64,000 nucleotides of DNA from Eledone cirrhosa. Its lineage: Eukaryota. Shown here piece by piece: positions 62,923 to 64,000 of this stretch. Where the stretch lies: contig OZ024762.1 in NCBI GenBank assembly GCA_964016885.1, positions 21,762,001 through 21,826,000 of the forward strand, in the 5' to 3' direction. Both the position numbers and the translations under genes were made by a program. Position 1 is the first letter of the stretch, and each line of letters begins with the position of its first letter. The notes below the pieces were generated by a model. That model made no database searches. It saw only the letters and a program-made list of their open reading frames with translations, and had not been told where the DNA came from.

Positions 62923-63576
62923 TATATATATATATATATATATTAGAAAGTGAGGTTTTTTTTACAAAATGAAAAATAACCGAGGTGTCCTACACGAGTG
63001 AAAGTATAAAGAATAAAAGATGAAATCGAAAATGCAACTGGAATCTTATTTTAAAAAAAATATATATATATTCATTTGGTTCCTTTACCGGTTTCGCAGT
63101 TCTTCTGCTTTTCTCACAGTAGAGTTGAGATGGAGGGTCTGTGGTTTTTCTCACATCTGTGAGAGTCTTATTTTTAAATATTCTTATATATTATGGAATA
63201 CTGTTGGCTTCTTGCTACAATAATTTCTATACTTTTCATTTATATATATATATATATATATAGTAGAATAATCGAGTATCGAAAAATCGGCGTACGAGTT
63301 CACGACAAATAAAATTCGATATGAGCGGCAGAGTGCTCACTAATTTAGATAAATCAGAGCTATAACTATCGTTAAAATACCGTCACACACAGAACAAGTC
63401 TATAATCAACCGCACAATCGAAAATTTGCGATCCGGAAGATTCGGGACACTCAGATAAAAAATCTCAATAATTCAATAAATTAAATGAATGATATATATA
63501 TATATATATATTACGGTTCTTATATATTTGATATATATTTATTCTTATCGATTTTAGTCTTCAAATTTATTATTAT

Positions 63577-63641
<65 letters not shown>

Positions 63642-63833
63642 ACTCGCTATCACAAAGCATGGTATCAGACGCTCTGCCAATCCGCCATCTAGACATAAAA
63701 ATGATAAAATATCTAAAGAATATATCTGAGATGACTTTGATAGGTTTGGCCAGTATCGGCTCATACTGTGTATAACTTAATAGAACCACCTGGCGAAATC
63801 TGAAATCATGTTTCATATTTCAGTCATACTTTG

Positions 63834-63872
<39 letters not shown>

Positions 63873-64000
63873 GTGTGTATATATACACATATATATGTAT
63901 ATATGTATGTGTGTGTGTATATGTGTTTATATGTGTGTATGTGTATGCGTTTATATATATATACATGTATATATATATATGTGGGTGTGTGTGTATATAT

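Overview
Very AT-rich, repeat-saturated eukaryotic DNA. The SINE types and extreme (TA)n/(CATA)n/(CA)n density suggest a cephalopod (octopus-like) genome; this is inference. No intact host protein-coding gene can be supported, and almost all long ORFs in the track are microsatellite read-through. The window holds decayed mariner transposons and MITEs, a non-autonomous Helitron, LINE remnants (CR1/L2-, RTE-, Tx1/L1- and R4/Dong-like), about 20 tRNA-derived SINE copies, several minisatellites and a 200-N gap. The most striking signal is a set of short unique 'islands' embedded in (TA)n tracts. By eye they carry at least six type-I hammerhead ribozyme motifs with intact cores, from unrelated sequence families (4156-4236, 4567-4628, 4695-4755, 11404-11552, 24875-24919, 25153-25190), plus several degenerate ones. 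Many of these islands are long fold-back palindromes, some apparently folded at the ribozyme stem II. This resembles a diverse population of non-coding, TA-targeting, Penelope-like/retrozyme-type elements. All folds were paired by hand and none was computed.
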